Shown one piece after another: positions 28,013 through 38,163 of a stretch of 64,000 nucleotides of DNA (within the stretch, counting starts at the first letter, position 1; each line of letters opens with the position of its first letter). The stretch lies in contig JADGRQ010000019.1 of NCBI GenBank assembly GCA_017880775.1, forward strand, positions 3,133-67,132. Reading direction: 5' to 3'. The notes under the pieces are model-generated. The model did no database searches. It had not been told where the DNA came from and saw nothing but the letters and a program-made list of their open reading frames with translations. The DNA is from Burkholderiales bacterium. GTDB lineage: Bacteria > Pseudomonadota > Gammaproteobacteria > Burkholderiales > SG8-39. Position numbers and translations under genes: made by a program.

Positions 28013-28157
28013 TTAGCCCCGTTTCATCGGCATTCTCCAAAACGGTCCCGCCCCGGCTCTCCCTGTCGATCGCCTCGAGCACTTTATCGTGCTCGCCGAC
28101 CTCCGCCTGCGGCGCGCGCAGCACAACCAGCTTCGAGACGTCGAAAGCAGCCATCCC
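28013..28157 (-). pseudogene. Displaced duplicate of the dnaQ 3' end
   Basis: AAFDVSKLVVLRAPQAEVGEHDKVLEAIDRES aligns to the DnaQ C-terminus [33 protein letters not shown] ~44-bp near-identical DNA core is shared with ~33385-33428. Confidence 0.8.
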
Positions 28158-28174
28158 ATCTCCACGGACCCGAC

Positions 28175-28388
28175 GTGACCCGGTATTATTACGTGGACCT
28201 GCTCGAATTCGTCGTCAGGTTCGAACACCCCGGTTGGTACATCCAAATGTCATCACCGTCCAACCCACAGCGTCAGATCGGCATCGTGCGCTGCGACCAC
28301 GAGTTCACACCGAAGGCATTTTGGCATGAGGCACTTCATGGTTGCTGACCCGGATGGGTTGCTCGTCAACATCCCGGCATTTCCTTAA
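28175..28388 (+). pseudogene. Internally deleted VOC/glyoxalase family gene
   Basis: Own translation: YYVDLLEFVVRFEHPGWYIQMSSPSNPQRQIGIV..DH..PKAF joined out of frame to FGMRHFMVADPDGLLVNI*. Confidence 0.6.
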
Positions 28389-28478
28389 ACCTCGGTCTCC
28401 CCGATTGACCGCGGCCTTGCCGACGCGCTGAAACCCGCGGCTGAACGCAACGTCAGGTTTGACTCTCAACGGAACGCA

Positions 28479-29030
28479 ATGGGAATGAGCTGGAAGAGCA
28501 CAAGAGCCGGATATGGATGGTTGTCAATTTCCCTTCACTGGCTGATGCTGCTATTGATCGTTGCCGTCTATGCCACTATGGATCTCAAATCAATTTTCCC
28601 GAAAGGAAGTCCTTCACGTGAGGCGATGGCAATCTGGCACTACACGCTTGGTCTGTCGGTGTTCCTCCTCGTGTGGTTGCGCTTGTTGATACGTTTTGCG
28701 GGCTCCGATCCTGCCATCGAACCAGCGTTGCCGGCTTGGCAAGCTCTGTCGGCCAAGGCCATGCATTGGGCGTTGTACGCCCTGATGATCGGCTCGCCTT
28801 TGTTGGGTTGGCTCACGCTCAGCGCCAAAGGAACGCCGGTGCCTTTCTTTGGCGCAGAGTTGCCTGCGTTAATCGGCAAGAGTCGGGGACTGGCGAAGTG
28901 GTTCAAGGAGATTCACGAGACCTTTGCGACAGTGGGCTACTTCCTGGTCGGATTACATGCGGCCGCCGCGCTGTACCATCACTATGTGAAGCGCGATAAC
29001 GCCCTTAGACTGATGTTGCTTGGCCGCTGA
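28479..29030 (+). CDS. Cytochrome b561 (YceJ/CybB-like)
   Basis: Four TM helices with heme-ligand His in LHWL, WHYTLG, IHE and LHAAAALYHH. Confidence 0.9.
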   Translation: MGMSWKSTRAGYGWLSISLHWLMLLLIVAVYATMDLKSIFPKGSPSREAMAIWHYTLGLSVFLLVWLRLLIRFAGSDPAIEPALPAWQALSAKAMHWALYALMIGSPLLGWLTLSAKGTPVPFFGAELPALIGKSRGLAKWFKEIHETFATVGYFLVGLHAAAALYHHYVKRDNALRLMLLGR

Positions 29031-29106
29031 CGCCCACTAGCTCGCGCGGCTGAGAGCCACGTCACGGCATGAGACTTCAAATCGCTCCGGGGAACTCCCT
29101 GCGTAC

Positions 29107-29925
29107 ATGAACACCACCGCGCGGTCCAAAGGGTTCGCAGTCCAGGCGACCGAACTGACGCGCAGGTTCGGCAACTTGACCGCGGTGAATCATATCGACC
29201 TGGCGATTCCGTATGGCGAGATCTTCGGGCTGCTGGGTGCCAACGGCGCGGGCAAAAGCACCTTGATCAAGATGCTCACGACCCTGCTGGCGCCAACATC
29301 CGGAAATGCCGAGGTCGGAGGTTTCGACATCCTCAAGTCTCCATCGGAGGTCAGGGGGCGCATCGGCTATGTGCCTCAGCTACTGTCGGCCGACGGCGCG
29401 CTGACAGGCTACGAGAACCTGCTCCTGTCGGCCAAGCTCTATGGCTTGCCCCGCGCGGAGAGAGGCGTGCGCATCGGCGAAGCGCTGAACTTCATGGGGC
29501 TCACGGATTCGGCGCGCAAGCTCGTGAAAACCTATTCAGGCGGCATGATCCGCAGGCTGGAGCTCGCCCAAGCCATGCTGCACCGTCCGGCGATCCTGTT
29601 CTTGGACGAGCCGACGATCGGGCTTGATCCCCTGGCACGCCATTCCGTGTGGGATCGCTTGCGGGACCTCAGGCGCGACTACGGCATGACGGTTCTGATC
29701 ACGACACACGACATGGAGGAAGCCGAAGCGCTTTGCGACGAGGTGGCGATTCTGCACGCGGGGCGGGTCGCCGTGGTTGGAAAACCTCCCGAGCTGCGCA
29801 CGAGGCTCGGCGCCGGCGCCAGCATGGATGACGTGTTCGCGCATTACGCCGGTGGCGGGATCCGCGAAGGCGGGGATTTCAGCAACGCCGTTCAGACCCG
29901 CCAGACCGCTCGGCGCCTGGGTTGA
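29107..29925 (+). CDS. ABC-2 (DrrA-like) exporter ATP-binding protein
   Basis: GANGAGKST, YSGGMIRRLE, FLDEPTIGLD. Confidence 0.9.
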   Translation: MNTTARSKGFAVQATELTRRFGNLTAVNHIDLAIPYGEIFGLLGANGAGKSTLIKMLTTLLAPTSGNAEVGGFDILKSPSEVRGRIGYVPQLLSADGALTGYENLLLSAKLYGLPRAERGVRIGEALNFMGLTDSARKLVKTYSGGMIRRLELAQAMLHRPAILFLDEPTIGLDPLARHSVWDRLRDLRRDYGMTVLITTHDMEEAEALCDEVAILHAGRVAVVGKPPELRTRLGAGASMDDVFAHYAGGGIREGGDFSNAVQTRQTARRLG

Positions 29926-29935
29926 ACGCACTGCC

Positions 29936-30706
29936 GTGGACAGATTCCTCCGTGAGAGCGCCGCGGTCGCAGAAGTGGAGCTGATCAAACTCGTCCGCGA
30001 TCCGACCGAAATCTTCTCGCGCGCAGTACAGCCGGTGCTGTGGCTGGTGGTCTTCGGCCAAGTCCTCGCCCACGTCCACGGCATTTACACCGGAGAGGTT
30101 GGCTACCTCGCGTTCATCACACCTGGAATCCTTGCCCAGAGTGTGCTGTTCAGCGCAATCTTCTACGGGATCGCAGTGATCTGGGAGCGCGATCTCGGCG
30201 TCGTGCACAAGCTTCTGGTGAGCCCCGCCCGGCGAAGCTCGCTTGTTTTCGGCAAAGCGGTCTCCGCCGGATTCCGCGGCCTCGTACAGGCGGCCGTCAT
30301 TTATCTCCTCGCGCTCGTCATGCACATCACGATCCGGCAGGAGCCACACGCCATATTCGGCGTTCTGGCCGGCGTGCTACTGGGCTCCGCGCTCTTTTCC
30401 ACCTTTTCGCTCATCATCGCGTGCATCGTAAAGACGCGCGAGCGCTTCATGGGCATAGGCCAACTCCTCACGATGCCGATGTTCTTCGCAAGCAATGCGA
30501 TCTATCCGCTGGACCTCATGCCCGGCTGGCTGCGCACGGTGGCGCAGATCAATCCCCTCACCTACCTGGTCGACGCGCTACGCGGGCTCATGATCGTCGG
30601 AGGCGAAAGCGTACACGGCTACGCGGTAGATTTCACAGTATTGCTCGTAGTATTCGTCGTGCTGGTAATGGTCGCCGTGAGGCTGTACCCGACGCTGGTG
30701 GAATGA
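29936..30706 (+). CDS. ABC-2 exporter permease
   Basis: YLAFITPG, WERDLG and INPLTYLVDALR motifs. GTG start inferred. Confidence 0.88.
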   Translation: MDRFLRESAAVAEVELIKLVRDPTEIFSRAVQPVLWLVVFGQVLAHVHGIYTGEVGYLAFITPGILAQSVLFSAIFYGIAVIWERDLGVVHKLLVSPARRSSLVFGKAVSAGFRGLVQAAVIYLLALVMHITIRQEPHAIFGVLAGVLLGSALFSTFSLIIACIVKTRERFMGIGQLLTMPMFFASNAIYPLDLMPGWLRTVAQINPLTYLVDALRGLMIVGGESVHGYAVDFTVLLVVFVVLVMVAVRLYPTLVE

Positions 30707-30845
30707 GCACGCGAGTGCGCTGCAAAGAGGGTGCGATGTTCGGACGAATGAGGCTTGAACGCGAACGATTCGGGGTGCGATCGCGCGCGAGTTCGTCGTC
30801 ATTCAAAGCACGGCGGTGGAGTCACGAGCATGGAGGGGTACGTCC

Positions 30846-32598
30846 ATGGCACAGCATGTCGATCTCGTAGTCAGAAACGGCTTGGTCCTTGACGGGACCG
30901 GGGCCGAGCCGTTCAACGCCGACGTCGCTGTCTCGGGCGGGCGCATCGCCGAGGTCGGACGAGTGTCTGCTCGCGGAAGCGAGGAGGTCAATGCAAAGGG
31001 TCTCTTCGTCACCCCTGGCTTTGTCGACATACACACCCACTATGACGGTCAGGTCACCTGGGAGAACAGACTCGTTCCCTCGTCATCCCACGGCGTGACC
31101 ACCGTGGTCATGGGCAACTGCGGCGTCGGCTTCGCGCCGTGTCGACTGGAACAACACGACCTGCTGATCCGCCTGATGGAAGGCGTCGAGGACATTCCGC
31201 ATCCGGTCCTCGTCGACGGCGTGCCGTGGACTTGGGAGACCTATCCCGAGTACCTGCGTTTTCTCGCCGGCCGGCAATACGACATGGACGTCTGCGGATA
31301 CGTGCCGCACGCGGCTCTGCGCGTCTACGTGATGGGGCAGCGCGGTGCCGATCGCGAGCGCGCGACCGCACTCGAGGTGGCGCAAATGGCGCAGCTCCTG
31401 CGCGAGGCAATGGCGGCCGGGGCAATGGGCTTCTCGACCTCGCGCACGTTCTTCCACCGATCCAGCGACGGCAAGTCGACCCCGACTTTCGATGCGGCCG
31501 AAGAGGAGCTGGCCGGGCTCGCCCTGGCGCTCAAGGGATGCGGCAAGGGCGCCATGCAGCTCATCATCGATTTCGACGATGCGGATGCGGCCTTCGGCTG
31601 CATGCGCCGTCTGGTCGAGCGATCGGGCCGGCCCCTGTCCTTCTCGTTGCTCGAAGGGGTGCTGGGGCCGCTGTCGCCGCGTTGGCAAGAAATTCTAGAT
31701 TGGGTCGCGCAGGCCAACGCGGAAGGGCTTCCCATCAAGGGCCAGGTGCTCGGGCGGGCGATCGGCTTGCTGTTCCGGCCACGAGCTCACTCTCAATCCG
31801 TTCTACAGCACGGATACCTACCGCGCGCTCGCGCATCTGCCGCTCGCGAAGCGCGTAGCGCAGTTGCGCTCGCCCGAGGTGCGCGACCGCATGCTTGCCG
31901 AGCCGGTCGATCCCGATCCGGCCAATGTCCTTGGGCGGCTGGTGCGCGATTTCGAGCGCATGTTCCTGCTGGGCGATCCGCCCGATTACGAGCCCTCCCC
32001 GGAGGCGAGCATCGCAGCCCAGGCGCGCCGTCGCGCTGCGAGCCCTGCAGCGCTGGCCTATGACCTGATGCTCGAGAACGACGGTCGCAACCTGCTCTAT
32101 TACACCATCGCGAACTACGCTCATGGATCGCTCGATTCCTGTCTCGCCATGATGCGACATCCGGGCACCGTGCTCGGGCTCGGCGATGGCGGCGCGCATT
32201 GCGGCACGATCTGCGACGGAAGCGCCCCGACCTTCATGCTGACCCATTGGGCGCGGGATCGCACTCGCGGCGCACGGCTGCCGCTGCCGTGGATCGTGAA
32301 CGCGCTCTGCCGGACGACGGCGCAAGCGGTGGGTCTGTTGGATCGCGGCATCGTCGCGCCGGGCTACAAGGCTGACCTGAACGTCATCGATCTCGACCGA
32401 CTGCGGCTTCGCGCACCAGAGGTCGCGTACGATCTGCCGACCGGCGGGCGCCGCTTGCTCCAACGCGCGGACGGCTACGCCGCGACGATCGTCAGCGGCA
32501 CGGTGGTCTATCGTGACGGGGCGCCGACCGGGGCGCTGCCTGGGCGCCTCGTTCGAGGACCGCAGGCGATGTCAACGAACCGAATCTGCTCGCCTTGA
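30846..32598 (+). pseudogene. N-acyl-D-amino-acid deacylase family amidohydrolase, frameshifted
   Basis: PGFVDIHTHYD in ORF 30816-32063; DGGAH and ADLNVID in ORF 31864-32598. Removing one C at 31775-31776 restores ...GLLFGHELTLNPF... Confidence 0.85.
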
Positions 32599-32682
32599 TT
32601 CAGAATGAAACGGGGCATAACCCTTCCATCGAGCCGACAGCCGCCGGCAAGCCGGTGTCTGCCGCTCATCGCAGGAAACCGC

Positions 32683-33288
32683 GTGTCCAACCCCGATCCC
32701 GCGCAAGCATCCCGCGTCATCGTCGCCGGATTTGAGCCGTTCGGCGAGCGGACGCGGAACCGGTCTTGGGAGGTGGTGCGGCGCCTGCCCGCCCGGCCAG
32801 GATTGGAGACTCTTCAGCTTCCTGTGAACTTCGCGGAGCTTGGAAACGCGGTAGCCGCACTGGCAGATCGAAGGCCGCGCGCGCTGCTCCTCGTCGGCGA
32901 ATCATCAACCGGCGCCGTCTCCGTGGAGCAACTGGCGCTCAATATCGTGGATACCGATGCGCGGGACAATGCCGGACGCATGCCCCGCGCGGAGGCGATC
33001 GTGGCCAACGGTCCATTGGCGCTGAGGGCACGCTGGGACGCGAGGACAGTGGCGCGCAGGCTGGCCGAAAGCGGAATTCCGGCTGCGGCGTCGTTCCACG
33101 CCGGCACCTACGCATGCAATTTCGCCCTGTACCTGGCGCTGCGCGCACTCCCGGAGCATACGCCGGTCGGATTTCTCCACGTACCTCACCGCCGCCGGAC
33201 GGTCGGATTGCGGACGGCAGACCTCCTGCGGGCCGTCGAACTCGGCGTGGAGGCGCTCGCGGCGTCCGATTTCGCGCCGGCCCGCTAA
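32683..33288 (+). CDS. pcp: Pyroglutamyl-peptidase I
   Basis: AGFEPFG..NRSWE, AGTYACN and GFLHVP catalytic motifs. Confidence 0.85.
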   Translation: MSNPDPAQASRVIVAGFEPFGERTRNRSWEVVRRLPARPGLETLQLPVNFAELGNAVAALADRRPRALLLVGESSTGAVSVEQLALNIVDTDARDNAGRMPRAEAIVANGPLALRARWDARTVARRLAESGIPAAASFHAGTYACNFALYLALRALPEHTPVGFLHVPHRRRTVGLRTADLLRAVELGVEALAASDFAPAR

Positions 33289-33992
33289 CCCGGGGTCATC
33301 AGCCGCCGCCAGACGCTGCCATCCTTGCTCGCCTTGTCGATGCCCTCGAGCAGCTGCTCGTGCTCCGCAATTTCGGCCTGCGTCGCGCGCAGCACAATCA
33401 GCTTCGAGGCGTCGAAAGCAGCCACCCCTTGAACTGCGACAGGCTCGTCCGGCTCGATGATCAGGCTCTCCTGCCCCCGCGTCATCGCGAGGTAAACCTC
33501 GGAGAGCAGCGAAGCATCGAGCAGCGCGCCGTGCAACGTGCGCTTCGCGTTGTCCACCGCGTAGCGCTCGCACAATGCGTTCAGGTTATTTTTTTTCCCG
33601 GGATGCAATTCCCGCGCGATGGCCAGAGTGTCCACCACCCCGGCGCAGTGCGATGAGAGCTTCCCGAGATCGACGAGCGCCAGTTCGCGATCGAGGAACT
33701 CGACGTCGAACGGCGCGTTGTGAATCACGAGCTCGGCGCCGCGCACGAATTCGAGGAACTCGTTTGCAACCTCGGCAAAACGCGGCTTGTCGGCCAGGTC
33801 CTCGCGCGTCAGCCCGTGGATCTTCGACGCACCCTCGTCGATATCGCGCCCCGGATTGAGGTAGCGGTGAAAATGGTTGCCGGTCGGACGCCGGTTGACG
33901 AGTTCGATGCAGCCGATCTCGATCACTCGGTCGCCCAGGCGCGCGTTGAGGCCTGTCGTCTCGGTATCAAGGATGATCTGTCTTGCGGCCAT
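33285..33992 (-). CDS. dnaQ: DNA polymerase III epsilon subunit
   Basis: LDTETTG, IHNAPFD, HGALLDA and YLAMTRGQ motifs. Confidence 0.96.
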   Translation of the reverse strand: MAARQIILDTETTGLNARLGDRVIEIGCIELVNRRPTGNHFHRYLNPGRDIDEGASKIHGLTREDLADKPRFAEVANEFLEFVRGAELVIHNAPFDVEFLDRELALVDLGKLSSHCAGVVDTLAIARELHPGKKNNLNALCERYAVDNAKRTLHGALLDASLLSEVYLAMTRGQESLIIEPDEPVAVQGVAAFDASKLIVLRATQAEIAEHEQLLEGIDKASKDGSVWRRLMTPG

Positions 33993-34422
33993 CCGGAATG
34001 CCTCTGTTGGCGAGCGCGTCGGCGCGCTCGTTGTCCATGTGTCCCGCATGGCCGCGCACCCAGTGCCACTGGATCTCGTGCCCGGAGGCGAGCGCGTCGA
34101 GCTGCCGCCACAGGTCGTCGTTCTTCACTGGCTTCTTGTCCGCGGTGTGCCAACCCTTGCGCTTCCAGCCGTGGATCCACTCCGAGATGCCTTTCTGCAC
34201 GTACTGCGAGTCGGTGAAGACCGCCACCCGGCGGCGCCCGCGCAAAGCCTCCAGCCCGCGGATGACCGCGGTGAGTTCCATGCGATTGTTGGTCGTCTGC
34301 GCCTCGCCGCCGTACAGTTCCTTTTCCTTCCCCGCGATGCGCAGCAATACCCCCCAGCCGCCGGGACCTGGATTGCCCTTGCACGCGCCGTCGGTGTAGA
34401 TCTCGACCGGGTCGTCAGCCAT
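33967..34422 (-). CDS. rnhA: Ribonuclease HI
   Basis: [24 protein letters not shown] and [13 protein letters not shown] motifs. Confidence 0.96.
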   Translation of the reverse strand: MADDPVEIYTDGACKGNPGPGGWGVLLRIAGKEKELYGGEAQTTNNRMELTAVIRGLEALRGRRRVAVFTDSQYVQKGISEWIHGWKRKGWHTADKKPVKNDDLWRQLDALASGHEIQWHWVRGHAGHMDNERADALANRGIPDGRKTDHP

Positions 34423-35170
34423 CGGTGCCGGTGCGGGCATGCCCGTTGGAATTCGCAACCGGTGCAAGCACGCTGCTCTTGGCGCGTTCCCGCCGCCATG
34501 CCGGCATCACGACGCGCATGCTGTGCACGCGCTTGACCGCGCGCACGACGTAGACGCCGCCGGCGATCGGCCACCAGCGGGCGCCCGCCTTCTCCATGAA
34601 CGCAAACCGCGCGAGCCATTTCGCCTGCGCGAACGGCGGCGCGTAGCAGCCGAACATCCCGCCGTTCAGCTCGAAGCCAAGCAGCTTGAGCCAGTCCTTC
34701 AGCCGCAACAGGCCGATGAAGTGCGCATTCCACGGGCAGGCTGCGTCGCGGCGGCGCGCTTCGCGCATCAGCGAATGGCGCGCGCCCCACAGCGAGAGCG
34801 GATTGAAGCCCGAAATCACGACCTGCCCCTCGGGCACCAGCACGCGCTCGGCCTCGCGCAGCACCCGGTGCGGATCGGCGCTGAATTCGAGCACGTGCGG
34901 CAGCGCGAGCAGGTCCACGCTCGCGTTGGCGAGCGGCAGGTGCTGCGGATCCGCGTGCAGTGCAGCACCGTCCTCCGGCGCGAGCGTAAAGCGGTGCGAT
35001 ATGCGATTGCTGCGCAGGAAGTCGATATGCGCCAATCCGGCCTGCGCCGCCTTGAAGCCGAACACGTCCTCGACCGCGCGATCGAACTGCTCGCGCTCCC
35101 ACTCGAGCACATAGCGGCCCTGCTCGGTGGCAAACCAGCCCGAAAGCATTGACTTCTGCACGCTATGCAT
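34415..35170 (-). CDS. SAM-dependent methyltransferase (YafS-like)
   Basis: [22 protein letters not shown] and GFNPLSLWG motifs; conserved position between rnhA and gloB. Confidence 0.85.
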   Translation of the reverse strand: MHSVQKSMLSGWFATEQGRYVLEWEREQFDRAVEDVFGFKAAQAGLAHIDFLRSNRISHRFTLAPEDGAALHADPQHLPLANASVDLLALPHVLEFSADPHRVLREAERVLVPEGQVVISGFNPLSLWGARHSLMREARRRDAACPWNAHFIGLLRLKDWLKLLGFELNGGMFGCYAPPFAQAKWLARFAFMEKAGARWWPIAGGVYVVRAVKRVHSMRVVMPAWRRERAKSSVLAPVANSNGHARTGTDG

Positions 35171-35204
35171 GACAATTCCCCCAGCACGAGACGCCGGAGA
35201 AAAA

Positions 35205-35981
35205 ATGCTGGAAATCGTCCCGCTGAAAGCCTTCAAGGACAACTACATCTGGACACTGCGCGACGGCCGCTGCGCCGCGGTGGTCGATCCGGGTGAAGCC
35301 GATCCGGTGATCGAATACCTCGCGGCGGAGCGGCTTGCCCTTGTCGCCATCCTGCTTACCCACCATCATCCCGACCACGTCGGCGGAGTTCCCGAGTTAC
35401 TGCGCCGCGGGCCGGTGCCGGTGCACGGGCCGCGCAACGAGCCGATCGCCACGCTCACGCATCCGGTCGCGGAAGGCGACGGGGTTGCAATCCCGGAACT
35501 GGGCGTTGACCTGTCGGTGCTCGACATCCCGGGACACACGCGAGCGCACATTGCTTATTATGGCGCACTTTCCGGCGCGCCCTCGCTGTTCTGCGGCGAC
35601 ACTTTGTTCGCGTGCGGATGCGGCAGGGTGTTCGAGGGCACGCCGGAGCAGATGTACGCGTCGCTCGCGAAACTGCTCGCGCTTCCCGACCGGACGCTGG
35701 TCTATTGCGGCCACGAGTACACGCTCGCCAATATCGGTTTCGCGCAGTCGCTCGAACCGGAAAACACGGCGCTCGCGGCGCGCGAGCAGCGCGATCGCCG
35801 CCTGCGCGAACAGGGCAAGCCGACTTTGCCCTCCACGCTGGCGGACGAAAAAGCCACCAACCCGTTTTTGCGCTGCCGCGAACCTGCCGTCATCGAGTCG
35901 GCGAACAAGTATCTCGGCGCGCGTATCGCAGACCCGGCGCGCGTTTTTGCCGCGATCCGGGAAATGAAGAACCGGTTCTAG
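35205..35981 (+). CDS. gloB: Hydroxyacylglutathione hydrolase (glyoxalase II)
   Basis: THHHPDHVGG, PGHT, FCGDTLF..GCGR, CGHEYT and EKATNPFLR motifs. Confidence 0.95.
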   Translation: MLEIVPLKAFKDNYIWTLRDGRCAAVVDPGEADPVIEYLAAERLALVAILLTHHHPDHVGGVPELLRRGPVPVHGPRNEPIATLTHPVAEGDGVAIPELGVDLSVLDIPGHTRAHIAYYGALSGAPSLFCGDTLFACGCGRVFEGTPEQMYASLAKLLALPDRTLVYCGHEYTLANIGFAQSLEPENTALAAREQRDRRLREQGKPTLPSTLADEKATNPFLRCREPAVIESANKYLGARIADPARVFAAIREMKNRF

Positions 35982-36008
35982 GCTAACATTCCCGTTTTCG
36001 GGGGACGG

Positions 36009-37559
36009 GTGCGGAGACTTCGGGCTCAGCCGATCGTGGGTGCGGCGCTGACGGCTTTGCTGGCCGCGTGCGCTTCGCCGCCCGCACCACCGCCCGCATC
36101 GCTGCCCACCGAGTCCGAACGTCCCCTCGCACCAGGCGGCTTCAGGGTGATCGAGCGGCCGTCAGCCGCCGCCGCGCCCGCGGCGCGCGAGCAGCCGCTC
36201 GACGCGACCCGGCTGCCTCCGTTCGATGGCGAGCGGCGCGAGGTGCGCGAGCCGCTGCGCGGCCTTGCGACCGTCGACCGCACCGTTCAGCCCGACGACC
36301 TGTGGCAGCGCATCCGCAACGGGTATTCGATGCCCAATCTTGACGACGAAATCGTCAGGGAGCGCACGGCGTGGTATGCCGCGCGGCCCGATTACCTGCA
36401 GCGGATGTTCGAGCGCAGCCGCCCCTATCTCTATCACATCGTCGACGAGATCGAAAAGCGCGGACTTCCGACCGAGCTCGCGCTGCTGCCGATGGTCGAG
36501 AGCTCATTCAATCCGATGGCCTATTCGCGCGCGCACGCCTCCGGGCTGTGGCAGTTCATTCCGGGGACCGGAAAACGCTACGACCTGACGCAGAACTGGT
36601 GGTACGACGGACGGCGCGACATCGTGGCCTCGACCGAAGCTGCGCTCGAGTACCTCAAGGACGTGTACGAAATGCACGGCGACTGGCACCTGGCGCTCGC
36701 CTCCTACAACTGGGGGGAGAACGCGGTGGCGCGCGCGATCGGGAAGAACCGCGCGGCAGGCCTGCCGACCGACTACGCAAGCCTCACCATGCCCGCAGAA
36801 ACGCGCAGCTATGTGCCCAAGCTCCAGGCGCTGAAGAACATCATCGCCAATCCGCAACTCTTCGGCATTTCACTCGACCCGATTCCCAACCGGCCGTATT
36901 TCACCACCGTGGATAAGGACCGCGACATCGACGTGGTCCTGGCGGCCAAGCTAGCGAACATGACGCTCGATGAATTCAGGGCGCTCAACCCGGCTCACAA
37001 CCGGCCGGTGATCCGCGCCGACATGGCCCCGCGCATCGTGCTTCCGGCCGAAAAGGTCGAGGTATTTCACGCCAATTTGCTGAAATACAACCAGGCCCTC
37101 GTAACCTGGGACACCTATTCGCCGCGCAAGGGCGAGACGCTCGACGCGATCGCCAGGCGCTTCGGCATGCCGCTTGCCTCGCTGAAGCAGGCAAACGGCA
37201 TTGACGCACGCACCCGGGCGGCACCCGCGCTGCTGGTGGTGCCGGCAAACGGCGCCAAAGTCGATCTCGGGCGAATATCCATCATGTATGCACCGCCGAT
37301 TTCGGCACCTGAAGCGCGCCACCTGGTGCACACCGTCAAAGCAGGTGACACGCTTGCGTCGATCGCCGCGCGCTACCACGTCAAGCTCGATGATCTGCGC
37401 CGCTGGAACGCAATCGGCCGCCTCGCGCCGGGGCAGAGGCTGCGTATTCAGGGCGCGGTCACGGGACCATCCAAGTCATTGGCTGCAAAGAAGAAAGTTC
37501 CGGCCAAAGGCAAACCCAGGCCGGCGCCCGTCAAGCGTCCGCTGCGCAAGGCCAGCTGA
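36009..37559 (+). CDS. mltD: Membrane-bound lytic murein transglycosylase D (SLT domain plus two LysM)
   Basis: Lipobox LAAC; PMVESSF, GLWQF and ASYNWG motifs; two LysM repeats. Confidence 0.9.
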   Translation: MRRLRAQPIVGAALTALLAACASPPAPPPASLPTESERPLAPGGFRVIERPSAAAAPAAREQPLDATRLPPFDGERREVREPLRGLATVDRTVQPDDLWQRIRNGYSMPNLDDEIVRERTAWYAARPDYLQRMFERSRPYLYHIVDEIEKRGLPTELALLPMVESSFNPMAYSRAHASGLWQFIPGTGKRYDLTQNWWYDGRRDIVASTEAALEYLKDVYEMHGDWHLALASYNWGENAVARAIGKNRAAGLPTDYASLTMPAETRSYVPKLQALKNIIANPQLFGISLDPIPNRPYFTTVDKDRDIDVVLAAKLANMTLDEFRALNPAHNRPVIRADMAPRIVLPAEKVEVFHANLLKYNQALVTWDTYSPRKGETLDAIARRFGMPLASLKQANGIDARTRAAPALLVVPANGAKVDLGRISIMYAPPISAPEARHLVHTVKAGDTLASIAARYHVKLDDLRRWNAIGRLAPGQRLRIQGAVTGPSKSLAAKKKVPAKGKPRPAPVKRPLRKAS

Positions 37560-37590
37560 ATCGCGCGTCGGCCCGGACTATACTGTCCCG

Positions 37591-38163
37591 ATGCACCGAT
37601 GGTTCCGCAACGGGTCGCTGTTGCCGCTCGCGTTGGCTTTTGCGTTTCTCTGCGCGCGGCCTGCGTACGCCGTCGACCCTATCCTGATGCTGCTCATCAA
37701 CCTCGGCCGGGACATGATCGAGTCGCGCGAAAAGGCCCAGGTGCGCCCGCTCCCCGAGGCGGAGCCGCAGATTTCCTGGCCGGAGACTTATACGGGGACG
37801 ACGGTAACGCCGGGACTGGTCAAGCAGCTGATCGACGACTGCTTCGACTACCTTTCGTCGAGCCAGCGCGAGGAGCTGTTCGAGCAACTGAATGCGGTGC
37901 TGCTCAACCCCAAGAACGCGCTGGTTCGGCCCGCGCTGATCGAGCATTTCGCGTCGCGCGCCGTCTCGGTGCGCCAGGCGCGCATCTACCTGTCCGGGCT
38001 CTCGTCCCGCGACAAGCAGGCGCTGGTCGCGCAATTCAGGGATGAAGTCTCGACGCTGTCCGAAGACGAACGCGCGCGTTTCGTCGAAGTGGTGCGCAGC
38101 GGAATGCTGCCCGTGCCCCAGGATCTCAACCAGATGTTTCTTGCAGCGCTCGACGCGCAGTAA
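37591..38163 (+). CDS. Hypothetical exported protein
   Basis: Signal-peptide-like N-terminus (MHRWFRNGSLLPLALAFAFLCARPAYA); fills the gap between mltD and yejF. Confidence 0.6.
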   Translation: MHRWFRNGSLLPLALAFAFLCARPAYAVDPILMLLINLGRDMIESREKAQVRPLPEAEPQISWPETYTGTTVTPGLVKQLIDDCFDYLSSSQREELFEQLNAVLLNPKNALVRPALIEHFASRAVSVRQARIYLSGLSSRDKQALVAQFRDEVSTLSEDERARFVEVVRSGMLPVPQDLNQMFLAALDAQ

